From Bacillota bacterium (GTDB taxonomy: Bacteria; Sysuimicrobiota; Sysuimicrobiia; Sysuimicrobiales; Segetimicrobiaceae), in contig JAJPIA010000101.1 of assembly GCA_021324975.1 (NCBI GenBank), positions 13,924 to 77,923 of the forward strand: a stretch of DNA of 64,000 nucleotides, given 5' to 3'. Of the stretch, positions 9,001-18,448 are shown in pieces; position 1 is the stretch's first letter; each line of letters starts with the position of its first letter. Made by a program: the position numbers and the translations under genes. The notes under the pieces are model-generated. The model saw only the letters and a program-made list of their open reading frames with translations, was not told the origin of the DNA and did not search any database.

Positions 9001-10473
9001 GTGAACGATCCGCTCTTCGCTACGATCGGCGAGCTGCACGCCGGGCTGCGGCGCCGCCGCATCTCGTCGGTCGAGCTCACGCGGCTTGCGCTGGATCGCC
9101 TGTCCACGCTGGGCCCGCGGTACAACGCCGTGGCGCGCGTGCTCCCGGAGCACGCCCTCGAGGAGGCCCGAAACGCGGACCGGATGCTGCGGCGCGGGCG
9201 GACCACGAGCCCGCTCACGGGGATCCCGTACGGCGCCAAAGACCTCGTGGCGCTGCGCGGCGTGCCGACCACGTGGGGCGCCAAACCGTATGCGCGCCAG
9301 GTCTTCGACTACGACGCGGCCGTCATCGAGTCGCTCCGCCGGGCCGGCGCCGTCCTCGCGGCCAAGCTGGCCATGATCGAGCTCGCCGGCGGCGGCGGTT
9401 ACCGCTATCCGTCGGCGTCCCTCACCGGCCCCGCCCGCAATCCGTGGAACCCCGATCACTGGACCGGGGGTTCGTCGAGCGGGACGGGCGCCGCGGTGGG
9501 GGCCGGCATGGTCCCGTTTGGGATCGGCTCGGAGACCTCCGGCTCGATCCTCTCGCCGTCGTCCGGGTGCAACGTGACGGGGCTCAGGCCCACCTACGGG
9601 CTCGTCAGCCGCTACGGCGCGATGGCGTTGTCATGGACAATGGACAAGCTCGGGCCGATGTGCCGCAGCGCCGAGGACTGCGGCTTGGTGCTCGAGGCCA
9701 TCGCCGGACCGGACCCACGCGACCCCGGGTCGGCCGGCCGCACCTTCCGCATGAACCGGCGTCCGATCAGGCCGGGCGCGCTCCGCGTGGGGTACGCGCC
9801 GGTGGACTTCGAGGAGACCGCCCAGCCGTCGATCCGCGCCGCGCTCGCCGGCGCCCTCCGCGCGTTTCGCCGCCTCGGCGTCCGGCTGCGGCGGATGGAG
9901 CTCCCGCGCCTTCCGATCGATTCGGCCGCCCGGCTCATTATCCGCGCCGAAGGGTCCACGATCTTTCAGGATCTGATCGAAAGCGGGCGCGTCTACGAGC
10001 TCGCCGATCGCCGTCAGGCCGTCGGGTTGGTCGCGGGGCTCGAGGTGCCGGCGCGCGATTACCTCAATGCGATGCGGGTGCGCAGGCTGGTCCAGGAAGC
10101 CTGCGCGCAGCTCCTGCGCGAGGTCGACGTCATCGTGGCGCCCGCCCGGCCCGGTCCGTCCCCGCGGATCGACGAACCGATCGACCCGGAGTGGCGTCCC
10201 GCCCGTCCCAGGCACCGCGCCGCGGCCGGGGCGCGGGCGTTCCCGCCGGCGCGGGGGAACGCGGCGTTGACGGCCGCCGGCAACCTCGCGGGCCTCCCCG
10301 GCCTGTCGCTGCCGTGCGGATTCAGCGCGGATGGGCTGCCGGTGGCGGTGCAGCTCGTCGGCCGGCCGTTCGAGGACGCGACGGTGATCGATCTGGGGCG
10401 CGCGTTTCAAGGCGCCACGGACTGGCACCGACGCCAGCCGGCGATCCCGCCGGTGCGCGGGCGGAGCCGGTAG
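9001..10473 (+). CDS. amidase (amidase-signature family, GatA-like)
   Basis: Amidase-signature motifs GGSSSGTGAAVGAG and GSETSGSILSPSS with the Ser-cisSer-Lys core. GTG start. Confidence 0.9.
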   Translation: MNDPLFATIGELHAGLRRRRISSVELTRLALDRLSTLGPRYNAVARVLPEHALEEARNADRMLRRGRTTSPLTGIPYGAKDLVALRGVPTTWGAKPYARQVFDYDAAVIESLRRAGAVLAAKLAMIELAGGGGYRYPSASLTGPARNPWNPDHWTGGSSSGTGAAVGAGMVPFGIGSETSGSILSPSSGCNVTGLRPTYGLVSRYGAMALSWTMDKLGPMCRSAEDCGLVLEAIAGPDPRDPGSAGRTFRMNRRPIRPGALRVGYAPVDFEETAQPSIRAALAGALRAFRRLGVRLRRMELPRLPIDSAARLIIRAEGSTIFQDLIESGRVYELADRRQAVGLVAGLEVPARDYLNAMRVRRLVQEACAQLLREVDVIVAPARPGPSPRIDEPIDPEWRPARPRHRAAAGARAFPPARGNAALTAAGNLAGLPGLSLPCGFSADGLPVAVQLVGRPFEDATVIDLGRAFQGATDWHRRQPAIPPVRGRSR

Positions 10474-10513
10474 TGGCGGCCTCCTCGACCGGGGTGACGC
10501 GGGATACGTTCGC

Positions 10514-12259
10514 ATGACGCTGCTGGTGCACGAGCGGATCCCGAGGACGCTCGACCGGTTGCTCGAGCACCTGCGTGACGATGATCTGCGCGGCGCCCTG
10601 GTGCAAGCGTGGCTGTTCGAAGGTGCTCCGGCCCGCCGCGCCGCCGAGACCACGCTCAACGCGGCCGGAGTCCGCGCCCGCCTGCGGAGCGCCTACAAGC
10701 CGCTCGTACACTACTTCATGGAAGAGGTCAGGATCTCGGACCTGCGGCGAGCGAGGATCCGGTATCCCGTGCACGAGCTGGCGAGCCCGGAGCGGTTCCT
10801 CGTGGAGGCGTATCCCCTCGCGGCGATGCTGTCCGGCATCGACGCCCGCTTCATCCCGGCGGGACCCACGCTGAGCTATGGGGTCGAGCTCGAAGACCGG
10901 CACGGCGCCCTGACCACCAGCGATGTCCGGGTCCCCTGCCGCGTGGGTGACGACCATCTGGGCGAGCGCACGCTCGCGCCCTGCGGGTGGCTGCGCATCA
11001 CCGGTTCGCACAACGGGCGCCGCGACGTCGACGAACCGCTCGCGACCGAATACGAGGCCGTCTATCGCGCGGTCATCGCCGCCGTGCGCGCGTATCCCTG
11101 GCGCGAGCGCGAGCCGTATTTCGACCGCTTGGTGATCCAGGCCGCCATCCCGGATGCCGAGCAGCGGTTGCCCTACGGCGACGAATGCGCGAGCACATTC
11201 GAGGCCCTGCATGAGGATATTTACTTCTCGCTCCTCGAGCTGCTGCGGCGCCACGCGGGCCGCGCGCCGGACGAACGGGCCGGGCAGCCGGGACAGATCG
11301 TGCCCGACATCCGGCGCGCCGTGGACACGCCGGAAGTCCGCGTGGCGCTGGAGCCCGCCGGGGCGGACGAGGAACCGGGTCCCGCCGTCCCTCTCGAACG
11401 CGCCGATCACGCCCTGCCCCTCGCGCAGATCGCGGATGAGCTTGCGCGGCTCCCCGGGGAGCGATTCGCGGCAACGTCGCGACAGGGCCGGACGGTGGCA
11501 GGAATCTACCGCGCCGGGACGCGTCCGGCCATCCTGATCACCGCAGGCCAGCACGCCAATGAGACCTCGGGCGTCGTCGGCGCGCTGCGGGCGGCGCACC
11601 GCCTGGCCGCGGCGCCCGGCGCGCACTTCGCGTTGATCCCGCTGGAGAATCCCGACGGATACGCGCTGCACCGCCGGCTTTGCGCCGTGCATCCGCGGCA
11701 CATGCACCACGCGGCGCGATACACGGCGCTCGGGGACGACCTGGGGGCAAGGGCCCAGGAGCCCTGGTACGAGAAAGGCGCACGTCTCCAAGCGCAGCGG
11801 CTCGCGCGCCCGGCGCTGCATGTCAACCTCCACGGATATCCCGCCCACGAGTGGACGCGCCCGTTCTCCGGGTACCTCCCGCGCGGCTTCGAGCGGTGGA
11901 GCGTCCCCAAGGGGTTTTTCCTGATCGTCCGCTACCACCCGCACTGGGCCGATCGCGCCCGCGAGTTTCTGGCCCGGCTCACGCGCAGGCTCGCGGATGT
12001 CCCCGGCCTCACGCCGTTCAACCAAACCCAGCTCGCGACGTATCGGGCCCACGCGGGTGAGCCGGCGTTCCCGATCTACCATGACGTCCCGTGCGACATC
12101 ACGGAGGACGCGAACGCCGCGACGCCGCTCGTGCTCATCACGGAGTTCCCGGACGAGACGATCTACGGCGACGTGTTCGTCCTCGCGCACACCGTGCAGA
12201 TGGAGACGGTGCTCGCCGCCGAGGAGATCCACGCGGCCCTCGAGGGCGCGGGCGGCTGA
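10514..12259 (+). CDS. M14-like zinc carboxypeptidase / succinylglutamate desuccinylase-aspartoacylase superfamily protein with a long N-terminal domain of unknown function
   Basis: A central HxxE zinc motif (AILITAGQHANETSGVVGAL...IPLENPDGY) and a downstream His (NLHGYPAHEW). The roughly 320 aa N-terminal part has no motif I recognise. Confidence 0.6.
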   Translation: MTLLVHERIPRTLDRLLEHLRDDDLRGALVQAWLFEGAPARRAAETTLNAAGVRARLRSAYKPLVHYFMEEVRISDLRRARIRYPVHELASPERFLVEAYPLAAMLSGIDARFIPAGPTLSYGVELEDRHGALTTSDVRVPCRVGDDHLGERTLAPCGWLRITGSHNGRRDVDEPLATEYEAVYRAVIAAVRAYPWREREPYFDRLVIQAAIPDAEQRLPYGDECASTFEALHEDIYFSLLELLRRHAGRAPDERAGQPGQIVPDIRRAVDTPEVRVALEPAGADEEPGPAVPLERADHALPLAQIADELARLPGERFAATSRQGRTVAGIYRAGTRPAILITAGQHANETSGVVGALRAAHRLAAAPGAHFALIPLENPDGYALHRRLCAVHPRHMHHAARYTALGDDLGARAQEPWYEKGARLQAQRLARPALHVNLHGYPAHEWTRPFSGYLPRGFERWSVPKGFFLIVRYHPHWADRAREFLARLTRRLADVPGLTPFNQTQLATYRAHAGEPAFPIYHDVPCDITEDANAATPLVLITEFPDETIYGDVFVLAHTVQMETVLAAEEIHAALEGAGG

Positions 12260-12290
12260 CGGCGCGGTCCCGCCTCGGGGATCGTCGGCG

Positions 12291-12752
12291 CTAGGCGACC
12301 TGCACGATCATCTCGATCTCGACGGCGATGTCGAACGGCAGCGCCGCCATGCCGACGGCCGACCGGGCGTGGCGCCCGCGGTCGCCGAACACCTGGACGA
12401 GCAGGTCTGAGGCGCCGTTGATGACCTCGGGCTGCTGCAGAAAGTCCGGCGTGCTGTTGACCATGCCGAGGAGCTTGACCACGCGCTGCACGCGATCGAG
12501 GTCGCCGATCACCTCGCGCAGCGACGCGAGGCAGTTGAGCATCACGAGCCGCGCCGCCTCGTAGCCCTCGGTCACGGAAAAGTCCCGGCCCAACTTGCCG
12601 CGATACGTGAGCTTCCCGTCCTTGACGGGTCCGTGACCGGACACGAACACCAGGTCGCCGGCGCGCACCGCGCCGACGTAATTCGCGACCGGCGCGGGCG
12701 CCGCCGGTAGGACGAGGCCCATGACACTGAGCTTCTGCTCGATTTGGGACAC
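12291..12752 (-). CDS. RidA/YjgF family reactive-intermediate deaminase
   Basis: Typical RidA length and motifs (GDLVFVSGHGP...YEAARLVMLNCLASL...PFDIAVEIEMIV). Confidence 0.9.
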   Translation of the reverse strand: MSQIEQKLSVMGLVLPAAPAPVANYVGAVRAGDLVFVSGHGPVKDGKLTYRGKLGRDFSVTEGYEAARLVMLNCLASLREVIGDLDRVQRVVKLLGMVNSTPDFLQQPEVINGASDLLVQVFGDRGRHARSAVGMAALPFDIAVEIEMIVQVA

Positions 12753-12847
12753 GGGGAATCCTCCACGCGGGCCGTGTCGGTGGATCTATCGCGGCGGTTC
12801 ACGTTCCACGTGCCGCCGGCGCGTTCCTGGGGGATGCCGGCCGGCGC

Positions 12848-14293
12848 GTGGAGAACCGACCGATGCGGACCTTGCGCCATGCCCCGACCGGGGAGGAAGA
12901 ATCCGTGGACACGGACCTCTGCTTTCTGCCGGCCACCGCCCTCAGCGAACGGATCCGGCGGCGCGACGTCTCGCCGGTCGAGATCGTGACCGCCCTGCTC
13001 GAGCGCATCGACCGGTACAACGGCGTGCTCTTTAGCTACATCACGGTCTGCGCCGACGCCGCGCTCGCCGCGGCCCGCGAGGCGGAGCGCGAGATCACGG
13101 CCGGCCGCCGGCGCGGGCCGCTCCACGGGCTCCCGATCTCGCACAAGGACATCGTGTTCACGCGCGGCGTGCGGACGACATGCCATTCCCGGACGATGCT
13201 CGACGTCGTTCCCGACGCCGATGCCACCGTGGTGCGCCGCCCCGCCGAAGCCGGGATGATCCTCCTCGGGAAGACGAACACAACGGAGTTCGCGATCGGC
13301 ACGATGGACGTCTTTGGCACCTCGCGGACGCCTTGGAACCCGGCGTACTATTCGGGCGGGTCGAGCGGCGGCGCGGGCAGCTCGCTGGCCGCGGGGCTGG
13401 CCGTGGCCGCGACGGGCTCGGATACCGGCGGGTCGATCCGCATCCCCGGCGCCCTGTGCGGGATCGTCGGCCTCAAGCCGACGTACGGCCGGGTCAGCCG
13501 CCACGGGGTGTTTCCGCTCAGTTACAGCATGGACCACGTGGGGCCCATGTGCCGGACCGTCGGGGATTGCGCCCTCCTCCTGGGCGCGCTCGCGGGCCGC
13601 GATCCGCTCGACCCCACGTCGTCATCGCCCCCGGTGCCGGATTACGCGGCCGCCCTTGCGGGCGACATCCGAGGCCTGCGCCTCGGCGTGCCCCGGCAGC
13701 ACTTCTACGATCATCTCGATCCCGGGGTGGATCGCGCGGTGCGCGCGGCGCTGCGCCACCTCGAATCGCTCGGCGCCGTGCCGGAGCCGCTGGACCTCCC
13801 GCGGGCGTCCGAGGTCGGCGCCGTCGGGTGGGCTCTGCTGGCCGCGGAGGCGTTCGCGGCCCACGCCGCGCTGCTGCGCAAGCGCTCCGCGGACTACGGT
13901 GTCCGAGCGCGCCAGCGCATCGCGGGGGGCGCGTTTCTCACGGCGGCGGAATACCAGCAGGCGGCGCAGATCCGGGGGCTCTGGATGGGCGAGGTCGGCG
14001 CGGCGTTGCAACGCGTGGACGCCATCGTGACCCCGACGACGCCGTTTGCCGGCATCTCCGTCGAGGCGCAAAATAGCAAGCCGCCGGACACGACACGGAA
14101 CACCATCCCGTTCAACCTCACGGGCCACCCGGCCCTCACGCTACCCTGCGGCTTTACGGACGACGGCCTCCCCGTCGGACTGCAACTCATCGGGCGCGCG
14201 TTCGACGAGGCGATGCTGTTCCGGATCGGCGCCGCGTATGAGCACTCCACGGAGTGGCACACGCGACGTCCGGCATTGGAGGTGCGGGCGTGA
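12848..14293 (+). CDS. amidase (amidase-signature family)
   Basis: Motifs GGSSGGAGSSLAAG and GSDTGGSIRIPGALCG. The start is either the GTG at 12848 or the ATG at 12863. Confidence 0.9.
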   Translation: MENRPMRTLRHAPTGEEESVDTDLCFLPATALSERIRRRDVSPVEIVTALLERIDRYNGVLFSYITVCADAALAAAREAEREITAGRRRGPLHGLPISHKDIVFTRGVRTTCHSRTMLDVVPDADATVVRRPAEAGMILLGKTNTTEFAIGTMDVFGTSRTPWNPAYYSGGSSGGAGSSLAAGLAVAATGSDTGGSIRIPGALCGIVGLKPTYGRVSRHGVFPLSYSMDHVGPMCRTVGDCALLLGALAGRDPLDPTSSSPPVPDYAAALAGDIRGLRLGVPRQHFYDHLDPGVDRAVRAALRHLESLGAVPEPLDLPRASEVGAVGWALLAAEAFAAHAALLRKRSADYGVRARQRIAGGAFLTAAEYQQAAQIRGLWMGEVGAALQRVDAIVTPTTPFAGISVEAQNSKPPDTTRNTIPFNLTGHPALTLPCGFTDDGLPVGLQLIGRAFDEAMLFRIGAAYEHSTEWHTRRPALEVRA

Positions 14294-14472
14294 TCGCGCT
14301 TACCAAGGAGTGGCTCCGGGCCGAGGCTGCCTCCCACGGCCTCGCGTTGACGGAGACGGACGTCGACGCGATCTATGAGCGGCTCGTTGAAATCAAGACG
14401 GCGCTCACCGTCCAACGGCCCGAGGACACCGCGACGCTGGAGCCGCCGTACCGCTTCGCGCCGCCCGGCTGA
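14290..14472 (+). CDS. small GatC-like / AtzG-like (DUF4089-type) protein, putative amidase partner
   Basis: GTG start overlapping the amidase stop (GTGA). The about 60 aa product reads VIALTKEWLRAEAASHGLALTETDVDAIYERLVEIKTALTVQRPEDTATLEPPYRF, resembling the helical GatC N-terminal region. The track lists a longer version from 14254 that lies inside the amidase. Confidence 0.45.
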   Translation: MIALTKEWLRAEAASHGLALTETDVDAIYERLVEIKTALTVQRPEDTATLEPPYRFAPPG

Positions 14473-14475
14473 GCC

Positions 14476-14697
14476 ATGGGGCGCGCGCGGGGATTCACGC
14501 TCGTCGAGATGATGGTCGTGCTGGCGATCCTGGCGATCGTGGTGGCCGCCGGCTTGTACATCGCCGCGCGCCTGCGGCCCAGCAGGCCCGCGGCCGGGCA
14601 CGCGCTCGCCCGGCCGGGATCGATCGTCCCGCAGCCGACGACCTGGGCCGGCCCCGCCTGTCAGGAAGACGGGCGCCCGGCTGCCGCGATCACCTGA
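14476..14697 (+). CDS. prepilin-type N-terminal cleavage/methylation domain protein (type IV pilin-like)
   Basis: MGRARGFTLVEMMVVLAILAIVVAAGLYIAA is a canonical class-III signal with G/FTLxE and a hydrophobic helix. It overlaps the 3' end of the convergent lyase gene by 37 nt, and its context is odd. Confidence 0.4.
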   Translation: MGRARGFTLVEMMVVLAILAIVVAAGLYIAARLRPSRPAAGHALARPGSIVPQPTTWAGPACQEDGRPAAAIT

Positions 14698-16163
14698 TCG
14701 CACCGGCCCCGCAGCACGGCGCGGCTTGACTCGAGGCGCTCCCGGGCCGCGGCCAGCCACCGCTCCACGCCCGCCAGCCCGGCCGCGGCCGCGTCGAGCT
14801 CCGCGTCGATCGCCGTAGGGCCGGGACCGCCGATGCCCCGTCGCGCCGCCACGAACGCGCGCGCATCGAGAAGCGCCTGCAGCTCCGCGGTCGGGAACGC
14901 GAGCGGCCGTCCGAGCACGGTACCGCTCACATCCCGCATCAACGATTCCGTCCACATGCGCGGATCGGGCACGCGTTGCACCATCGCCGAGACGACGGCA
15001 TGCGCCTGCCGCTGTGATGTCCCGTGCCGGCGCACGATCGCGTCCATGAGCTCCGTCGCGGTCGCACCCGAAGCCACGACGTCGTCCGGCGGCACGCCGG
15101 GACCGATGGCCATCGATCCCAGTGCCAGGCCGAGGAGCTGCGCGGTGTCCGTGGCGTCGTCCAACGTGCGCCAGAGGTCCACCTGCAGCTCGGATGTCGC
15201 GCGGTTGTCGTCCTCGAACGGCGTCGCCGCGACCCCGGCCACCTGTCCGGCGAGCACGCCGGCCGCGCGCGCGGCGCGCGCGCGGAGGTGCTCGACGAAC
15301 ACGAGGTTGCGTTTCTGCGGCATCATGCTGCTCACTTGGACGAACCCGGGATCCAGCGTGACGACCGGCGGCGACCCAGCGGCCCACAGGTCGAGCGTGG
15401 CCAACATGCGACTCGCACCGGCGACGGCCACGCCACACGCGGCGAGCGTCGCGAGCGCGTAGTCGGCCCCGGCGACGGCATCGTACGTGTTCTCGACCAG
15501 CCCGTCGAACCCCATCAGCCGCGCCAGTTCGGTCCGGTCGAGCGGAAACGCGGTGCCGGCCAAGGCGCACGCGCCGAGCGGCGACCGGTTTACCTCTTCG
15601 TACGCGAGCCGGTAGCGGGCGAGGTCGCGGAGCACCGCATCGGCGTAGGCGGCGAGCACGTGGCCGACGGTCGTCGGCTGCGCGGGCCGGCCGTGGGTGC
15701 GCGCCACCACGAGCGTGTCGCGGCCGCCGCGGGCACACGATGCGGTCGCGCGGCCGAGCGCGACCGTAGCACCGACGACCATCAAGAGCCGGGTGCGCAC
15801 GACAACCCGGAAGGCCGCCGCGTCCAGGTCGTTCCGGCTCCGCGCGAGCTGCAGGTTCCCCGCGATGTCGGCACCGAGGCGATCGATCAGCGCGCGCTCG
15901 AGCGCGAAGTACACGTCCTCGACGTCGGGATCGTACTCGAGGGAAGCAGCCGGCACCGCATCCAGCGCATTCAACCCTTCGAGGAGGCGGGCCGCGTGCT
16001 CCGGCGAGAGCACGGCCGCGGAAGCGAGCGTCACCACGTGCGCGCGGCTCGCATCGATCAAGACCGGGTAGAGATCGACCTTCCACGCGTCGAAGATCGG
16101 CTTGAGGACCGTGGCGCGGTAGCGGTCTCTGAGGTCGTGGCGCCCCGCGTGTGCGTCGTCCAC
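14661..16163 (-). CDS. argininosuccinate lyase family protein (class I fumarase/aspartase lyase superfamily)
   Basis: Lyase-1 signature SSMMPQKRN; SRNDLDAAAFR and the N-terminal LYPVLIDASRAHVVTLAS resemble ArgH. The track ORF extends to 16322 through Arg-rich junk; I placed the start at the in-frame GTG at 16163 (VDDAHAG), giving 500 aa. Confidence 0.8.
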   Translation of the reverse strand: MDDAHAGRHDLRDRYRATVLKPIFDAWKVDLYPVLIDASRAHVVTLASAAVLSPEHAARLLEGLNALDAVPAASLEYDPDVEDVYFALERALIDRLGADIAGNLQLARSRNDLDAAAFRVVVRTRLLMVVGATVALGRATASCARGGRDTLVVARTHGRPAQPTTVGHVLAAYADAVLRDLARYRLAYEEVNRSPLGACALAGTAFPLDRTELARLMGFDGLVENTYDAVAGADYALATLAACGVAVAGASRMLATLDLWAAGSPPVVTLDPGFVQVSSMMPQKRNLVFVEHLRARAARAAGVLAGQVAGVAATPFEDDNRATSELQVDLWRTLDDATDTAQLLGLALGSMAIGPGVPPDDVVASGATATELMDAIVRRHGTSQRQAHAVVSAMVQRVPDPRMWTESLMRDVSGTVLGRPLAFPTAELQALLDARAFVAARRGIGGPGPTAIDAELDAAAAGLAGVERWLAAARERLESSRAVLRGRCDQVIAAAGRPSS

Positions 16164-16228
16164 GATGCGGCCTCCGTTTCCGCGCGCAAACGGCACCGGC
16201 TGCGCGGCCGGCGGCGGGCCGGTTGCGC

Positions 16229-17218
16229 CTACGGCAGGCTCTGCAGCACCTGCCAATCCACGTTGCCGCCGCTGAGCACGACGGCGACTCGGGCGTCGGG
16301 CTCGACGGGGAGACGCCCGCACAGGAGGGCGGCCAGCCCCGCGGCGCCGGCCGGTTCGACGACGAGCTTGGCGTACTCCAACACCGCCTTCATCGCCTCG
16401 CGGATCTCCGTGTCGGACACCAGGACGACCTCATCGACGAACCGCCGCACCGCGGCCAACGTCAGCTCCCCGGCCATCGGCGCTGTGAGACCGTCCGCGA
16501 TCGTGTCGATCGAGTGGAGCCGCGTGACGGCGTTGCGCCGGAGCGCGGTCCACAGCGTCGGTGCCCCCTCGGGCTCCACGCCGAACACGCGTGCCCCCGG
16601 CCGACTCGACTTGACGGCCGAGGCCACACCGGAGATCAAGCCCCCGCCGCCGATCGCGACAACGACCACGTCCACGTCCGGGAGATCCTCCACGATCTCG
16701 AGTCCCACCGTGCCCTGGCCGGCGATGATGTGCGGATCGTCGAACGGGTGCACGAGCGTGAGGTTGCGGGCGTCGCGCAGCTGATGCACCCGTTCAAACG
16801 CCTCGTGCATCGTGCCGCCGAGGACGACCTCGGCGCCGTAGGCCCGGCACGCCGCAACCTTGAGCAGGCTGGCGTGCGCCGGCATGACGACCGTCGCATG
16901 CAGCCCCTCCGTCGCCGCGCCGTACGCGAGGGCCTGGGCGTGGTTGCCGGCTGAGATCGTCACGAGGCCGCGGCGTTTGTCCTCGCCGGAGAGATGGCGG
17001 AGCTTGTTGAGCACGCCGCGCGGCTTGAACGATCCCGTCTTCTGAAGATTCTCGGCTTTGAAATAGAGGCGGACTGCCGCCCGTTCGCCCAGGATTCTCG
17101 AGCTCAACAGCGGCGTACGGTGGACGCGTCCCTGGATGACCTCTCGGGCCGCCAGGATGTCGTCCAGGGTGGGAAGTGTCGGGGTCAGCGCTGTTGCGAC
17201 GCCCGAAACGCCGCCCAC
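16229..17218 (-). CDS. threonine/serine dehydratase (PLP-dependent, fold-type II)
   Basis: PLP-lysine motif FKAENLQKTGSFKPRG, with GGGGLISG and the ISAGNHAQALA glycine loop. The track ORF 16229..18079 is a read-through artefact. A GTG at 17218 gives 329 aa and overlaps the upstream M20D gene by 34 nt. Confidence 0.85.
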   Translation of the reverse strand: MGGVSGVATALTPTLPTLDDILAAREVIQGRVHRTPLLSSRILGERAAVRLYFKAENLQKTGSFKPRGVLNKLRHLSGEDKRRGLVTISAGNHAQALAYGAATEGLHATVVMPAHASLLKVAACRAYGAEVVLGGTMHEAFERVHQLRDARNLTLVHPFDDPHIIAGQGTVGLEIVEDLPDVDVVVVAIGGGGLISGVASAVKSSRPGARVFGVEPEGAPTLWTALRRNAVTRLHSIDTIADGLTAPMAGELTLAAVRRFVDEVVLVSDTEIREAMKAVLEYAKLVVEPAGAAGLAALLCGRLPVEPDARVAVVLSGGNVDWQVLQSLP

Positions 17219-18366
17219 AGCTCGTCCGACGCGCCGGGGCGGTACATCACGTCGACCGCCGTCATGGCCAGCCCCTTGGCGGCATTGAGCATTGCGGCGT
17301 ACCCCCGCTCGGACCGCGCCGCCTCGCGAAACTCCGGCGTATGTCCCGCGGCGTCGTCCGTGATCGCCAGGTAGGGATGGATCGTCGGCGCGACCAGGCT
17401 GACGTTGCCGATGTCGGACGACCCGACGCCGCCGTGCTCCGGCGGCGCCTCGCCGCGGATGCCGAGCCGCGCCAGGTTGTCGCCGAAGTAGCGCGCGAGG
17501 ACGGGGTTGTTGTTGCGCTCCGCGTACACGAGCCCCTGCGCAAACTCCACCCGGGCGCCCGTGGCCGCGGCGGCGCCCTCGGCACACCCCTTGACTTTCG
17601 CCATCACGTCGACGAGCGCGGCACGCGTGTTGGCACGCACGATAAACTCGCCCTGCGCCAACGCCGGGACGACTTTGGGCGCGTCCCCGCCCTTTGTGAT
17701 GATCCCGTGGATCCGGACGTCGCTCGTGACGTGCTGCCGCAGCGCATCGATCGCGTGGTACGTGAGCAGTAGCGCGTTGAGCGCGTTGACGCCCTTCTCC
17801 GGCGCGGCGGCGGCGTGCGACGACTTGCCGTGGAACGTGATCGTGAGCCCCTGCGCGGCGAGCGCGCCCCGGACCCACCAGTTGTTGCGCGACGGGTGAA
17901 ACATCATCGCCGCGTCCACGCCCTCGAAGACGCCCTGCTCCACCATCGGGATCTTGCCGCCCGTGGTTTCCTCGGCCGGCGTGCCCAGCACGGTCAGCGT
18001 CCCGGGCAGCGTGGGAACCGCGCGGTGCAGCGCGACGGCCGCGCCGACGCTCGCCATGCAGATCAGGTTGTGGCCGCACGCGTGCCCGACGCCCGCGAGC
18101 GCGTCGTACTCGGCGATCAGCGCCACATGAGGTCGAGCGCGCTCGCCCTTGGTCGCCGCGCGAAATGCGGTCGCCATGCCGGCGATCGGCTGCGTCACCG
18201 CAAACCCGTGCTCCCGCAGCAACCCGGTGAGCCAGCGCGCCGCCTGGCGCTCCTGCAGCCCGACCTCGGGCGTCTCGTGGATCCGCGCGCTCAGGCCGAC
18301 GAAGGTCTCCCGCATCGCATCGACCTGGGCGCAGACGTTGTCCTTCAGCGCATCCACATCATGCAT
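17185..18366 (-). CDS. M20D family amidohydrolase
   Basis: Motifs HACGHNLICMASVGAAVAL and GTPAEETTGGK; 393 aa. Confidence 0.85.
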   Translation of the reverse strand: MHDVDALKDNVCAQVDAMRETFVGLSARIHETPEVGLQERQAARWLTGLLREHGFAVTQPIAGMATAFRAATKGERARPHVALIAEYDALAGVGHACGHNLICMASVGAAVALHRAVPTLPGTLTVLGTPAEETTGGKIPMVEQGVFEGVDAAMMFHPSRNNWWVRGALAAQGLTITFHGKSSHAAAAPEKGVNALNALLLTYHAIDALRQHVTSDVRIHGIITKGGDAPKVVPALAQGEFIVRANTRAALVDVMAKVKGCAEGAAAATGARVEFAQGLVYAERNNNPVLARYFGDNLARLGIRGEAPPEHGGVGSSDIGNVSLVAPTIHPYLAITDDAAGHTPEFREAARSERGYAAMLNAAKGLAMTAVDVMYRPGASDELWAAFRASQQR

Positions 18367-18448
18367 TACATCGCCACCTCGGGGGAGATCGCCGGATTAC
18401 GCATAGCCTTCTCCGGCGCCGCGACGCGCCCCTGTGGGATCCGGCCGC

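Noticed and set aside
8865-10517. 550-aa plus-strand ORF overlapping the first amidase
   Set aside because: An out-of-frame Arg/Pro-rich translation; the amidase-signature motifs are in the 9001..10473 frame.
16229-18079. 616-aa ORF suggesting a fused protein
   Set aside because: The N-terminal 280 aa are low-complexity Arg/Gly-rich and lie out of frame over the real M20D gene (17185-18366). Only the C-terminal 329 aa (threonine dehydratase) carry motifs.
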